A stretch of DNA of 62,751 nt, filler included, from Sphacelaria rigidula (GCA_964200075.2; 11 parts of 11 records of this genome joined end to end with filler, not necessarily neighbours in it), one strand, 5' to 3'; numbered from the whole stretch's first letter, positions 23,378 to 35,709 are shown. A program made the numbers and translations. Notes: generated by a model not told the origin, from the sequence alone.

Positions 23378-24430
23378 CACATTACAACTGGCCGCAACAT
23401 CTCGCGGGGAGAATTTTGTTTTGCGCAGAAATTGTTCAAACGATAGGGAACACGTGTTTGCACACACAGAGATGCCGCACTTGTATCATAACAGCCACGC
23501 GTTGGTGTCCTCCGCGTCTCTGTGCAGCAAGAAGACCTGCAGCCTCGTCGTGAACAAGCCATGCACGCAGAGGCAAACAGATTGACAAAAGGTACACCTG
23601 TCAGGCTGTTTCTGTGGTTTTGCAAAGCGTCCATAGGCCACAAGACCCGTAAACTCTCCCATCAGCGGGTTCTCTGACTTTGAGGACATTACAATTGTCC
23701 GCAAGATTGTGCGGGACGCACACATGTTGTTTTTGGCGCGGGCATTTTCAAATGATAGAACTACTCAGTGGCACAGGCATGGCGCACTCGTATTTCAGCA
23801 GCCAGCGCATCCGTGTTCTCTGAGTCTCCATGCAGCAAGAGGAGTTGCAGCCTCGTTGTGGACCAGTCATGCACGTAGAGGCACATTGCTTGAAAAGAAA
23901 TGAAGTCTGTCGAAACGCTTCTGTGTTTTTCACACGTCGGACAGCTCATGAGCTAGCTACCTCAAATACCTAATCGAATAGAACTCTCAGATCCATTTCA
24001 CAATAACACAAAACACGTGACGGCAGTGTCCGAGAAGCCAGAGCGTTACCTTCCCGCTACACCGCGTGCTCGGCGTCCATCGCTGTCGGGGCCTAATACG
24101 GAAATAGTGGCCAAATGGGCTTGCTCATGATCCGGATCAGAACTCTAATAACAAGTAATATCCAGGTAGCTAGCTCATGAGCTGTCCGACGTGTGGTGAT
24201 TTTGAAAGCACCCGCATTTGACAAAACCCCAAGACTCCCCGATACACGGACTGGCTGACCTTGAGGACATTACAAATGATAGTGCAGGAAATACATTGTG
24301 TTCGGGGCGCAGGAATGGTTCAAATGATGGAGACACGCGGTTGTACAGGCAAGGCACACTTTGATGACGGCATGCCACGCATCGATGTCCTCAGCGTCTC
24401 TGTGCAGCGAAAAAGCGATGCAACATCATG
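23378..24430 (-). repeat. Three degenerate ~300-bp tandem units, possibly a decayed repeat-protein ORF
   Basis: Recurring (GAGG)ACATTACAA...GCGTCTCTGTGCAGC. Minus-strand peptides LHRDAEDTNAW / LHGDSENTDAL / LHRDAEDIDAW. Confidence 0.6.
23931..24195. mobile_element. MITE with perfect 32-bp TIRs
   Basis: TIR CACACGTCGGACAGCTCATGAGCTAGCTACCT; TSD GTGTTTTT/GTGATTTT. A diverged inverted copy lies at ~41727-41986. Confidence 0.9.
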
Positions 24431-27400
24431 GTGAAATAAACTACATAAGGTTGGCACCATTTCTTATTCTCGCAAAATCCTCGAGCCACAGCACTTGACG
24501 CCTTTTACCCAGTGGATGTCCACATCTGGAATCGGCATCATTTTCACTTGAAAAAACTCTGGAGATGATGCTGATTCAACAAATGAAATCCTCGTCATGC
24601 TTTCGGCTGAAAAAGCTATTTTAGAACAAGAGAGCCCACGGAGCAAACTTACACAGAAGACCTTTTGCGCTTCTATGAATCTCTCACGCGATCCTCTCAT
24701 CACCGACCGAATGAACCCTCCATTTCTGGCTGGCTAGCTTGGTTTTTTCATCAGGGAGAGCTGGGACACGTTCTTTTTTTGTTCTTTCCTAAATGCTTTG
24801 TGAACGATTCGCACCACAAACTGTGAAGGAATCGCAGCGGTTGTTGCGCAGCCTTCGGTATCGTGCTTGCTTATCAGATTCACGTACATTTATACCTGTA
24901 AGAATGGTACCCTGCAGTCAGCACAAGAGTCTGCAGTACTGTCGGTACCGCACCTACGTGTGGTCAGAGGAACCTATACTTTTCGACCAATGCTCTTGAA
25001 ATACACTTGATATACGGATCATGAGTGCGTTTTTATTATATTTGAAAAACACACTTGAGGGAGATATGAAAGGGGCTGTAACCGCAGGATTTGGGCATCA
25101 CATTTTTTGCACTGGAACACTATTAGATATCACTTCGATTCGAAGGTGCTTCCAGGTCTCGGTCGCTGGCAACCCTGTTATCATCTATGTGCCATCGTGC
25201 TACCGCAAGTTGGAAGTGTTGACTACAGGGCCGTGTGAGAGATTGACTTTGTCGATGCAACGGTCATGATTGTGGAATGTTTGCCGTGAACAACCCACGA
25301 TAGGAGCAGTCCTGCTTTTCTCTGCTGTGATGTGCGATGCTGTGGCTCTTTCACCGTGGGAAGGGGTCACAGGGAAATCGGCGCAACCCCCCACCATCAT
25401 AATCCCTCAAAAAGCGTCGACGAGAAGACACCATAGAAATGGAAGAGATCAACTGCACAGAAGTCATCAGTTCCGGTCAAACGTTGTGCATGCGACGACC
25501 TGACGGAAGACATTCATCCTGTACAAGACCAAAAACACTCGACAGATACCATGGTAGCGTGGGCCGGATAACAGCACCTGTTGACACTATAACATAAACC
25601 GCGCCAAATGCACTTCGTCATTCCCTCCCGTCGATGAGACGACGTGACAGGCTATTTATCCTGAATTTGAGAGAGCCAAGCAACACCGAATTCAAAACAA
25701 CAGAAAAACAAGGACAAGCGGTAAATACTAAGAATGCTGCTCCGAACTTTTCACCAAGCTTTCGAGTGCCTCTTCTTCAGTTCGACAGCGATTCAGTGCG
25801 TGCCGCTGATGACCCTGGCAACAGCAAAAGTCCAAAAGTGAAAAAAAATCTGAGCGATTTCCAAAACACAGCACGGTAGTCTCCGCAGATGAAACCACCT
25901 AGTGCAGCATCGTGAAGCAGGTAGTTACTCGTAACAACAGATCGTGTGGTTTTGACCGAAATTGTACACTGTCACGAAGCCATGCGTCAAACAGCCCCTT
26001 CATCCATCTCTTGCTTGAGCATTTCAGAGCATTTCAACAACCGATATCCTTTTTTGTGCCTGCTGCTGCATTCCGTGAGAGCGGGTCTTTCGAGTCAGGT
26101 AACCTCGAGAAAGTATCGCTGTTGTTATGAAAGAAATCTTGATGATGGAGATTTTCAGTAATTGTTGCCGGTCGATCACACCTTTGCCTTTCTGACTGCC
26201 CCTCGCTTCACGGAGAGATCACGAGAGTAAAAAATTCCGAAACCGCCGGATATCAGAACTAAATTCCCCCACGTTAGTGCTCCACGAAGCCCGAGGAGAC
26301 ACAAATGAGGGATAATATGTCACCTGTTGATTATCAGAGGTAGGCGCCCTGTCCAACGCGCTGTGCTGGCAACATATAACGTACCAATGTGAGTACCGTG
26401 GTATATATAGAGTGATGCTTACCTTGGGAGTACACGCAGCAGTCACGCTTTTCCTGAACAATATGGATTTCGTCATAGACGTGTCAATACCGTGCCGTAC
26501 CATATATGTACATGTAACATGTACGAGGTACTCTTTTGTGCGTCTCCCAGTATGCTGCGGGCTCGGTGTTATTTATGATCTCGTATGACGTAAGTCCCTG
26601 ATGGGCCGGGCGCAACGGGCTAGCACACTCTGGCGGCCAGCCTGAAGGTACCAGGGTGCCCCTTGTTATAAAAGTGCTGTATGCATTTGAATGGCAGCCT
26701 CCAATGAGTTGGTTCATTTTCTGGTATCGCCACTTCCAGAGATAGCCATGGGATACACACTGCCTCATGGGTGTCTTACCATTTTACAAGGGGTGGTATC
26801 TTGTGTTACGGTAGTAGGTTACGGTAGTTAGCTACTTTTCCAATATATTGTAGGTTGATGGATACGTAGAGTGCGTGTTCCGAGAACGGTCTTTGGCATG
26901 TTGCTGAGTGCACCGTTCGGGGCGTGTGGTCATGCGCCTTTTGCGTCTGCTCTTATTCGTTGGCTAACCGACAACAATGGTATCTTTTTTCCAACCGTTA
27001 TCGGCTGTTAACCGTCTCCTCTGAACGACTGTTACAGTCGTGTCCATTGACCCGATACGCTGGAAATATTCCTCACGAAACAGCCTCATCTACGTTTGTC
27101 ACTGTACCGGAATCCTTGTTCAAAACATCTATTATGGCGTAACCGTTATAATCCGGGTAAAGTCGAACCGTAGCAAGATTTTGCTGCATGCTGCTACAGT
27201 ATGCAGCAGCCGAAATGCCATTGCTGTACTTGTGTGGACACAACCACGATATTTTGTTTTTTGTTGGCACACTTTCAACTCCCGCTCCTCCTCGGGACGA
27301 GCTCGTGAATGCAAGGGATTATTTCATGCATCTTGGAACTGCGGATTGGATCATGACCGAAACTCCCGCACCGCGTTGACTCTTGCCACATGAGCCCTTT

Positions 27401-28099
27401 GTGCTACTCGCGCTCTCATCGTGTCACGGCCAGAAAGCAGATACATCCAGTAAACCCCCGATGAATGCGACTGTCGGGAATCAAACTCGCAGTTTGTCGA
27501 CCATCACGCCTCCAGTTTGTCAGTTGTACCATCACGCTTCACGGGCGCGGGGGTTGTTGTACCGTTTATGTTCGTACTCCCAACATGTGGTGGCCGCCCA
27601 ACAGCTGAAGCAAACGCCACTTCAAGATATGGACACCCCTCAGCGTTTGTTTCATAATTTTTTCGCCGAGCCCAGCTTTCGATTCCAGAGCAATGAACAA
27701 TGACGCTTGTGGTACATCGCACGTTGGATCGACCCCTATCTTGGCCGCTGTCAATGGTCCTCCGGAAAACGTGGGCGCATCATGAGCAGTGGAGAGGATA
27801 GGATCGTTCAGGGATACAGCTATCCAATCAACCTATTTTCATGTGCCCGACGTTAACATGCTGTCTGTTTTCTCCTCGTCTATTGACACCCATGCTACAT
27901 ACAAGTGCGACGAATGACCGCATAAGTAAAGGAGAACATTCCAAGTCAAGGACATGCCGAATTGTTCAAGCAACACCGAAGGATATCCGCCGTCTTTCTC
28001 GCTCGCTGTCCAAACCGATGCAATCACGTACAGTAGTGGGCGGTCTATTCAGGGATGTTTTGGGGTTTTCCCCGCGTACTACTCTTCGATAGAACTCGA

Positions 28100-28325
28100 A
28101 ACTGCCAGCGTCGGTAGATTTTGGTACAATAAACAGATCATTCTCGAAACACAGTGCTCAAGTCAGTGTTAGTTGGTGTTATCGGGCGATACGAGTAAAT
28201 ACCCCGTTCATCGGGAGGGTGTGATTGACCGTGAAACACTGTTTTTCGGCTCTAGTGCAATGAGAAGGTAGAATTTCAGGAAGATAAAACTGTACATTTC
28301 TTCACAAATATGATCGGGGCAGGCT
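28100..28325 (+). repeat. Dispersed repeat family (also ~56452-56680 +, ~56777-56900 +, ~59745-59962 -)
   Basis: Shared ...AGCGTCGGTAGATTTTGGTACAAT...CACAGTGCTCAAG...GGGCGATACG...ATACCCCGTT. Confidence 0.7.
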
Positions 28326-28593
28326 TAACCCTTTTGAGACCGGGCCTCCATAACGACCAATGAGGCTGGTCAGGAATGACGTGTCTGGCGCTAAACGAAA
28401 CAGTGAAGTGTTGCTGAGAATCCGCGTATGTAACTGCAGGGTTATGACGAAGACCGAAAGTTTCATCTAGNNNNNNNNNNNNNNNNNNNNNNNNNNNNNN
28501 NNNNNNNNNNNNNNTTAATTAATTAANNNNNNNNNNNNNNNNNNNNNNNNNNNNNNNNNNNNNNNNNNNNGAACCCTGAACAACGGCACGTCC

Positions 28594-29337
28594 ATGTTGA
28601 CGAGCGCAAAGCGTGCAAACTCGATAACCAGTGACTTAAGGGGAGCAAAAGATCATAGAGGTGCAGAAGAAGACCCGTTGTCTGGCAGTTCCGAGGGAAC
28701 CCTGGACAACGGCACGTCCATGTTGACGAGCGCAAAGCATGCAAGAGCTCGAACCAACCATCATCGCTCAGATGAAGATCCGGCGGTCGGCAGTTACGCA
28801 CAGGTAACCCTGAACGTCGGTAGATCAGACAATAACAGAACTCACGCTCCCCGTGAAATTCGAATCACAGCCAGTGCAGAAGAAGACCCGGCGTTCGGCA
28901 GTTCCGAAGGAACCCTGAACAACGGCACGTCCATGTTGACGAGCGCAAAGCGTGCAAACTCGATAACCAGTGACTTAAGGGGAGCAAAAGATCATAGAGG
29001 TGCAGAAGAAGACCCGTTGTCTGGCAGTTCCGAGGGAACGCTGGACAACGGCACGTCCATGTTGACGAGCGCAAAGCGTGCACGAGTTCAAAACAGCACC
29101 CGGTGCACTAACGCAAAACCGTTGACCAATAGTTACACACAGGTAGCCCCAGACAACGGCTCGCACATGTTGACCAGTGAGAAGCCCGCAGAGAAAAAGA
29201 GCAACACCGATAGTAAGGAGATCATCGGTGGGCGAAATTTCGGGTCGGTGAAAAATTCACCTCCAGTTGGGACCACACGCCATCGAAGCCCAACCGGACA
29301 CATAGACCACCCAAGCAAAAACCTCAATACCCGGTGA
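28594..29337 (+). CDS. ORF1 (gag-position) C-terminal part with tandem peptide repeats
   Basis: Repeated AEEDP..GSSEGTL.NGTSMLTSAK.A; near-identical DNA at 28571-28740 and 28910-29080. Confidence 0.65.
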   Translation: MLTSAKRANSITSDLRGAKDHRGAEEDPLSGSSEGTLDNGTSMLTSAKHARARTNHHRSDEDPAVGSYAQVTLNVGRSDNNRTHAPREIRITASAEEDPAFGSSEGTLNNGTSMLTSAKRANSITSDLRGAKDHRGAEEDPLSGSSEGTLDNGTSMLTSAKRARVQNSTRCTNAKPLTNSYTQVAPDNGSHMLTSEKPAEKKSNTDSKEIIGGRNFGSVKNSPPVGTTRHRSPTGHIDHPSKNLNTR

Positions 29338-29385
29338 AAACACCAACAGTAAGAACTGTCGAATACACACATAGACCTAACAGAA

Positions 29386-31472
29386 ATGAAACGCATCATC
29401 ACAGGCCTAGCCGCTACCTGCACGAGTCTCGTCCGACTCAACCACGGAAGAATCGGAGATGTAGCAAAGGAGCTCGGCGGTACTCTGGTGTCACCGCCGA
29501 TGAACCTGAGAGACGTCCACGAGTATTTCGGAAACCAAAAACACTTCCCTCGGATACGAGAACTCCTGCACATGATTGAGTACGGAGTCCCGATGAACAC
29601 CTCGTCTAGCGTTCCCGATCTTCGAGGAGCACTGAAATACGGTAATCACCGCAGTATCGAAGAACACATGCCTCAAGTCTGGGAGAAGTTGATTGAGGAT
29701 GTACGAAGGAACAGATGCTGGTATTTGAAAAAGGGGCAGCGCTCGGAATCAGCGGCCTCAGAGTGGCCCCGCTTGGGGCAGTAGTAACAAGCAAAGTCAG
29801 GATTATCAACGATTTTTCGTTTGACCCCAGCGGACCGAAGGGAGAAAAAGGCGGCCTCAACCTGGACACGATTGTGGACGAGGTGCCACAATGCCTCTGC
29901 GGAGAGGCACTCCCAAAACTACTGAATGAAATCCTGAGGTTACATGTCAAGTTTCCGGATAGTAAAATCCTACTGTCAAAGGCGGATGTCTCGAATGCAT
30001 TCCGAAATGTCAGGATCGCGCCCGACAAGGCGCAAAACTGCTGCTACGTGGTAGACGACGTTTTAGTAGCAGACTTTCGGCTCACGTTTGGATGGACGGG
30101 GTCTCCCGGCCACTGGGGACTCTTATCACAGGCTGCTGAACGTGCACACTGCAATACCACAATACTCGACGCGGTAATACTCGACGAAGGTAGAGAGATG
30201 ACAAAACACGTGACCATAGTCGAGCCCTGGGAAGAATGGACACCTACAAAGGTCCTGCCCGACGCTGCTATTCCCCCCGCAACCGGGGGGGGATTCCACG
30301 ATCCCTTTTTCGTTAGCATGTACGTGGACGACTATATCCTTGCAAGGGTACAGCACGGCGCGCAAGAAAAATCGGCGCCAGTCGCGTCAGCTTCGCTAGC
30401 CTCAGATCACATCAGACTGTTTGGTCCCGGAGAGCCGGGTGAGATACTCATCCTTGCACCTAACAAAAGTACAAACTGGGACACCAGCGTAGATGCGTTG
30501 GGATTCACGATCGACACGCACACCATGCCGATAGCGGTCACTCGAGAAAAGGCCGAATGTATCAAAGAATCGCTGGAGCACGACTGGCCCGCCGACAAGA
30601 CACGCGCGACCGCGCAAGACGTACTGAACATAGCTGGAAAACTCTGGAACCTCACGTTCGTTGTAAGACCCGGGAAATACTTCGTATGGCAACTACTACG
30701 TCTCACCGACCTACACGTAGCCGCGAAAAAAAAACGCAAGGTGAGACGAACAGTGAACCTTGTCTGGGAGTTTCACGAAGATATCGCCTTTTGGAAATGG
30801 GCCATAGCGGAGAACCTGGTGCATCGCGGGGAATCGCTTTGCGCTCCATTCTTTGCCCACACAAAACGCACCGCATCTCGTAGATACATCTCCGACGCGA
30901 GCCTGGCAGCGGTAGGCGGGTACTGCCCAGAGCTCGGGCTATTCTGGCGGTACTATTTACCCCATGAGCTCACATGCGAACTGAAGAGAAAAGCAAAGAA
31001 CAGAGAAACCTGCGCGATCACTATCAATCTACTAGAACTGTGCGGAATATTCATGACCGCCTGCGCTATCCAAATGTTTCAGGGCGAACGGCCCACAGAG
31101 AGAGGGGACCCTATCCTGATTCGCGGCGACAACTCGTCATCTGTACACTGGGTAGATAAATGCGGGGGATCAAAAGACAGACGCGCCGCCCTCCTGATGC
31201 GAATGATGGGTCGCGTGGAAGTCGCCACCGGGTGGTGTACCATAGCGAAACACATAACTGGCGTCGAAAACGAGCGAGCAGATGGCATCTCGAGATGGCC
31301 GGAGTCGGAGGTGGCCGAGAGGGTAGCACGGTTGACAGGAAATCTTAATTGGAAACGGCTAGAACTAGGAAATCGAGGCAAAGAGCTACTCGAATTGATT
31401 CTGCAAGAAAGATTCCTGGAGCACAGCATAGATGAACAGATCTGGAACATAATGTCCCGACAAGCAGACTGA
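29386..31472 (+). pseudogene. DIRS-type reverse transcriptase + RNase H (frameshift near 29715)
   Basis: KVRIINDFSF, KADVSNAFRNV, RLTFGWTGSPG, YVDD, LGFTIDT; RNase H SDAS, INLLEL, IRGDNSS, HITGVENERADGISR. Confidence 0.93.
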
Positions 31473-31479
31473 ACCCGCG

Positions 31480-32581
31480 CTGAACTCGTGATACTATCGC
31501 AGGACAAAAGGGAGGCCCCGCCAGAGACGAGAAGGGCGTTGCGAAGCTAGTAGAAATACTAGCCGACGCGTCAATTAGCGCCAGCACAAGAAGCGGGTAC
31601 AAGAAAAAATTTAAAACGTGGTCGGAGTGGAGGGCCCGCCGAGAAAAGCCTGTATAAATGTCAAGAACCGACGGCGAGGCTAGCGCGGTCGTCGATATCA
31701 CTGAATGTATTGCGTGGCGGCTTTTTACGCACAAAACCCAGAGGGGGACAGTGCGGGGGTATTTGTCAGCGATAAGCTTTTACCACGAGATACATACCGG
31801 TTGGTAGTCACCTATGAAACACTGTATGATAGCAGCCATGCTCAAGGGAGTGAATCGAGCACACCGAAAATCCGAAGTAAGGCCCCGCGTGCGAAAACCG
31901 CTGACGCTACCACTGTTGGTAGAAGGGAGAATGCTAGAGATGGGTACGACACAGAGCCGTGTCACGTGGATAGGCCTAGCCCTATCGTGTTTTCTTCTAT
32001 GCAGGGCCTCCGAAATCTAGGCATACAACGATGGTTCGGTATATCCAGATTTTTGCCTTCGGAGGGGAGACCTCACCTTTTTCAGAGAAAACTCCCAACT
32101 GATCTGGTCAGGCAGGGGCTTGGCCGATAGGGTCGAGGTGCGTTTTAGAGCGTCCAAGGCGTACCAAAAACGGCTAGGGGCGGTGGTATCTCGAACTAGA
32201 GTAGGAGGAAGCGCGCGGGGCGCCGAAAGATCTGAAAACACAGGGGCGCTAGATCTCCTACTCGAGCTGTTTGACTACCACCCAGAGTTGGGGGCAGAAG
32301 CCCCACTGATGCAGACCGTAGGTAAGACCGGATGGGTAGCTGTCACTCGGGCACGCGCGACGAGCGCACTTAGGCAACTTATTTCTAGTACAGGGAGGGA
32401 CCCGACGGAGTTCGCACTGCACTCCGGTAGAATCGGGGGAACAACACACCTAGCGGTGCAGGGGGCGTCGCAACTGCAGATTCAGAGGGCGGGGAGGTGG
32501 AAATCGCTGGCCTTCACGACGTACGTGAGAGCGGGGGGCGAAGGAGCGAAATTCGTATCGCAGGCACTCGCTGGGGAGTAG
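31480..32581 (+). pseudogene. Tyrosine recombinase (interrupted by stops/frameshift)
   Basis: STRSGY...W, YLSAISFYH, RKPLT, FLLCRASEI (catalytic R), FRASK, FALHSGRIGG (HxxR), AGRWKSLAFTTYVR (W, Y). Confidence 0.93.
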
Positions 32582-33206
32582 AGTACAAACAAAGAAAAAA
32601 GAAAACAATGGAAATGAAGTGAAAAAAATTAGGAGAAGGAAAGAGGGAACAAATCGGGCTGCTCAATGGGGTAAGAGTGACCTACCGCAAGGGCGGGCCA
32701 ATATTAACTACAGTAGTCTCGGGTTAGTCCAATAGTTTCCCAACTGCGAGAACGTGCTTTTTTTTGTCTCGCAGTTTCGTTCGTGTTAGTTTTACGTCTT
32801 TTCTACATCCCAAATAATCCATCTATGATTCTTGAGCCAAAAGCAAATGGGTGTATTCAGTATGAATACGAGGTTATAAGGGATGTACTCTGGCGTATGC
32901 TGAAGTTGAAATAAGATGTAAGGGACCGCGTGTCCAAGGCGCAAACGCCGCAGAGTTGGTTCAAGCGGGCGATACTGGTCTGATGCAAGAGCACCAAAAA
33001 AGCAGATAGTATCACTCGAGACCAGTTGGCCAGTCAGCGACACGCCAGCAGTCTCAGTAGTACAGTAGTCCCTGGCACTTGATCGATTTTTCCCACCCAC
33101 CACCCTATCGCTCAAGGGAGGGAGGCACCAGGGTACGGATTATATGGATGAAGTAAAAGGGGGCGGGGGGAGGGGGGTAAGAGTGACCTACCGCAAGGGC
33201 GGGCCG

Positions 33207-33660
33207 ATCACATTATTACGATACCATAAAAGACGACAACGTGCCATTTGTCCTCTTCGAGCGGTAGAACAATGGGTGGCGGTATGCAACGCATTTCGAT
33301 GAGACATGACGTTGGGTTATTTGTTTCCAGATGTTCCAACCGGAAAATATAAAATATTGCAAGCCTACACGGGGTCGTTTTGCCCGTGACGGCATCAAAA
33401 ATGCCGGCCGCACTGAAGCGATATGGACACGCTGCACGCGAAACCCAAAAGTTCTCCCTGCGTTCTTTTCGATCTGGTGGGGCGCTCACACGAGCCTCAG
33501 CGGACGATTCTTTGTCGACAATTATGCAACCGGCGTACTGCAAAATCCAAAAACAGCGTGGCGGTATGTGCGCTTGATACAAGTTGTAGCTCCAAACTCT
33601 GAGGGTACTGGTATGGTCACGGGTGTTACTGAAGAGCATGTATATAGAGAACGAGACGAG
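33207..33660 (+). pseudogene. Second, different tyrosine recombinase C-terminal relic
   Basis: Across frames: CPLRAVEQWVAV...GYLFPD...MPAALKRY...FSLRSFRSGGALTRA...IMQ...NPKTAWRYVRL. Confidence 0.75.
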
Positions 33661-34436
33661 TTCCCACTTGGACAACATAGTCAAGTGTGGGCCTCCACTA
33701 TATTTTCATATAATAAGCGTTCCGAACATAGAACAACGCCAGGCTCAACGTGATAATGTTTAAATACAGTATGAGGTAGATGAAGCCCTCGAAAGGGCCT
33801 TGATGAGCCAGAGAGCTTCTTGACTAAGGGAAGGAGTGGATGCACCGACCATGGAAGGTGATACCACTGTTTTGACCTCATACTGTCTGAGGAGAAGAAT
33901 GGACTCGAAAATACTGACGTTATATCAACAGAGTCATTTGATAAAGATGTATTCTTTACAAACTACGTCATGAGATAAAAAGACAGGTTTGTCAGAGAGC
34001 AGCCTCTCTCCTCACGTTTCAATATAATTCCCTGTTTTCCATAGGAAAACAGAGATAAAACAACAGTGATCTGTTGAGACACCACCCACCCACCCACCCA
34101 GCAGAAAAGCAGAAAACAACAAATTGTGCGAATTGATGTTTAACTCCGAGATGAGGTTCAAGCCTAAAACAGTGCTTTCCCCAGNNNNNNNNNNNNNNNN
34201 NNNNNNNNNNNNNNNNNNNNNNNNNNNNTTAATTAATTAANNNNNNNNNNNNNNNNNNNNNNNNNNNNNNNNNNNNNNNNNNNNAAGCGGGACGCATGGG
34301 TGCGAAGCGCGGGGCGCAACCTTGGCCCCTGCGAACCAAGACATGGGCCTCCCCTGTCCCCTGGATCTTTTTTTTTTTTTTCTGACACCGACTCCGGGCG
34401 ATGCATTTTTTGTGGGCTATTTCCAAATTCCTCTGA

Positions 34437-34474
<38 letters not shown>

Positions 34475-35709
34475 GGCTGACCCCGGGGATGGGGTAGAGG
34501 CCCATGTGCTGTTTCTCTGATGTCAAAGCTTCACCCCGAAATTCGAGGCCATGCACCGCGCATCGTCGTTAGTTCGTGATCATAATGGCCGCCGTGCCCC
34601 GGCGGTGTCATGGTTAGACTGTCACCATTTATTATTTTTATTGCTATTATCATTTTTGCACAATGGTCCACACTCACTAACCCGTGGTCACAGACGTAGG
34701 CTCGTTGTTCCAATACCGTCCCTGCTATTCCTTCCAAGACATGGAAGTCCTCCATCATTTTTTCTAGACTCCAGCCTAATTACAAGAACAAACGCAATCG
34801 ACTAAAATATTGCCATTAGGGTGGAGAAAACGTGGGTTCGATTCATGCCGGACGCGTTGTTCGTTATTCGAAATATAGGATTCCATATTCGGAAGTGTGG
34901 GGGGGTGAAGAGGAATGGGTTGATTCTTTGAGACCACGGGCTCGTCCCAGAAACGATAGCTTGATGGTACAACGAAGTTCCCACAATTATATTATATCGA
35001 AAGGAGGCGTGGCAACCAAGAAGATCCTACGTGTTGTACAGAAAGTACAATGCACCAGGTGGGAGTGTGGGACTTGTGCATGCGGATGCCGCCGACCCAG
35101 TAGGTGAATATCTCACGCTTCGCAGTCGTGAAGATATTGCATCGTCCCATCGATGTTATCATACGTGGCAGAATACTTGGGCCCGTGCCGTACTTGACCT
35201 GGTGTGTTATCGGCACAAGATTTTTTTGTCGCCACACTCGAAACCGCTCCCCTACCTCGGGACGAATTCGTAGCCTCAAGGGATCAATCCATCTCTCTTC
35301 ACGTCACGCTTCCGACGGTGGAAATAATATATTTATATTTCGAAGGAAGAGAAAAAAAGCATCTGGCCGGAATCGAACCACCGTTCTCTCCACCCTGTTG
35401 GTGATAGTGTGACCATGAGACTGCGGTGTCGCCCTGTACCTAAACCCAGTGTACGTTTGGCACACGACCTTTTCCTTTACACCCTCAAGTACATCGAGAG
35501 CTGGCAGAGTACACGCATGGCGGTCTCCCGGTCACAGGGATAGATGTACGTGGCGTTATGTCGCCGCGGTTTTTGAGGTATGTTCGGTGGAAGGCTTCAG
35601 CTGTAAGGCCGACTCAGCGTGCACGCTAATTGTCGCTCGTGTTCTTCGGTCATGGTCGCGAGCTGATTCCTGTCTTTGCCTTCCCCTGCATGCGCTGGTT
35701 CCACCTCAG

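Larger units (their letters stand above)
28571..33205 (+). mobile_element. Tyrosine-recombinase retrotransposon (Ngaro/DIRS group), 5'-truncated by contig start
   Basis: ORF1 remnant, RT-RNase H, YR, then B1 (32668-32699), A (to ~33090), B2 (33174-33205) split direct repeats. Confidence 0.92.

Noticed and set aside
25000..28090. Decayed transposase or gene
   Set aside because: Composition looks coding-like but no motif could be recognised in any frame.
16176..33205. One 17-kb element spanning both A repeats
   Set aside because: The span crosses three artificial spacers, and the A copies are diverged.
17311..34180. Large inverted repeat (17311-17375 vs 34117-34180) as TIRs of a giant element
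   Set aside because: The copies are on different contigs, so they are simply dispersed repeat copies.
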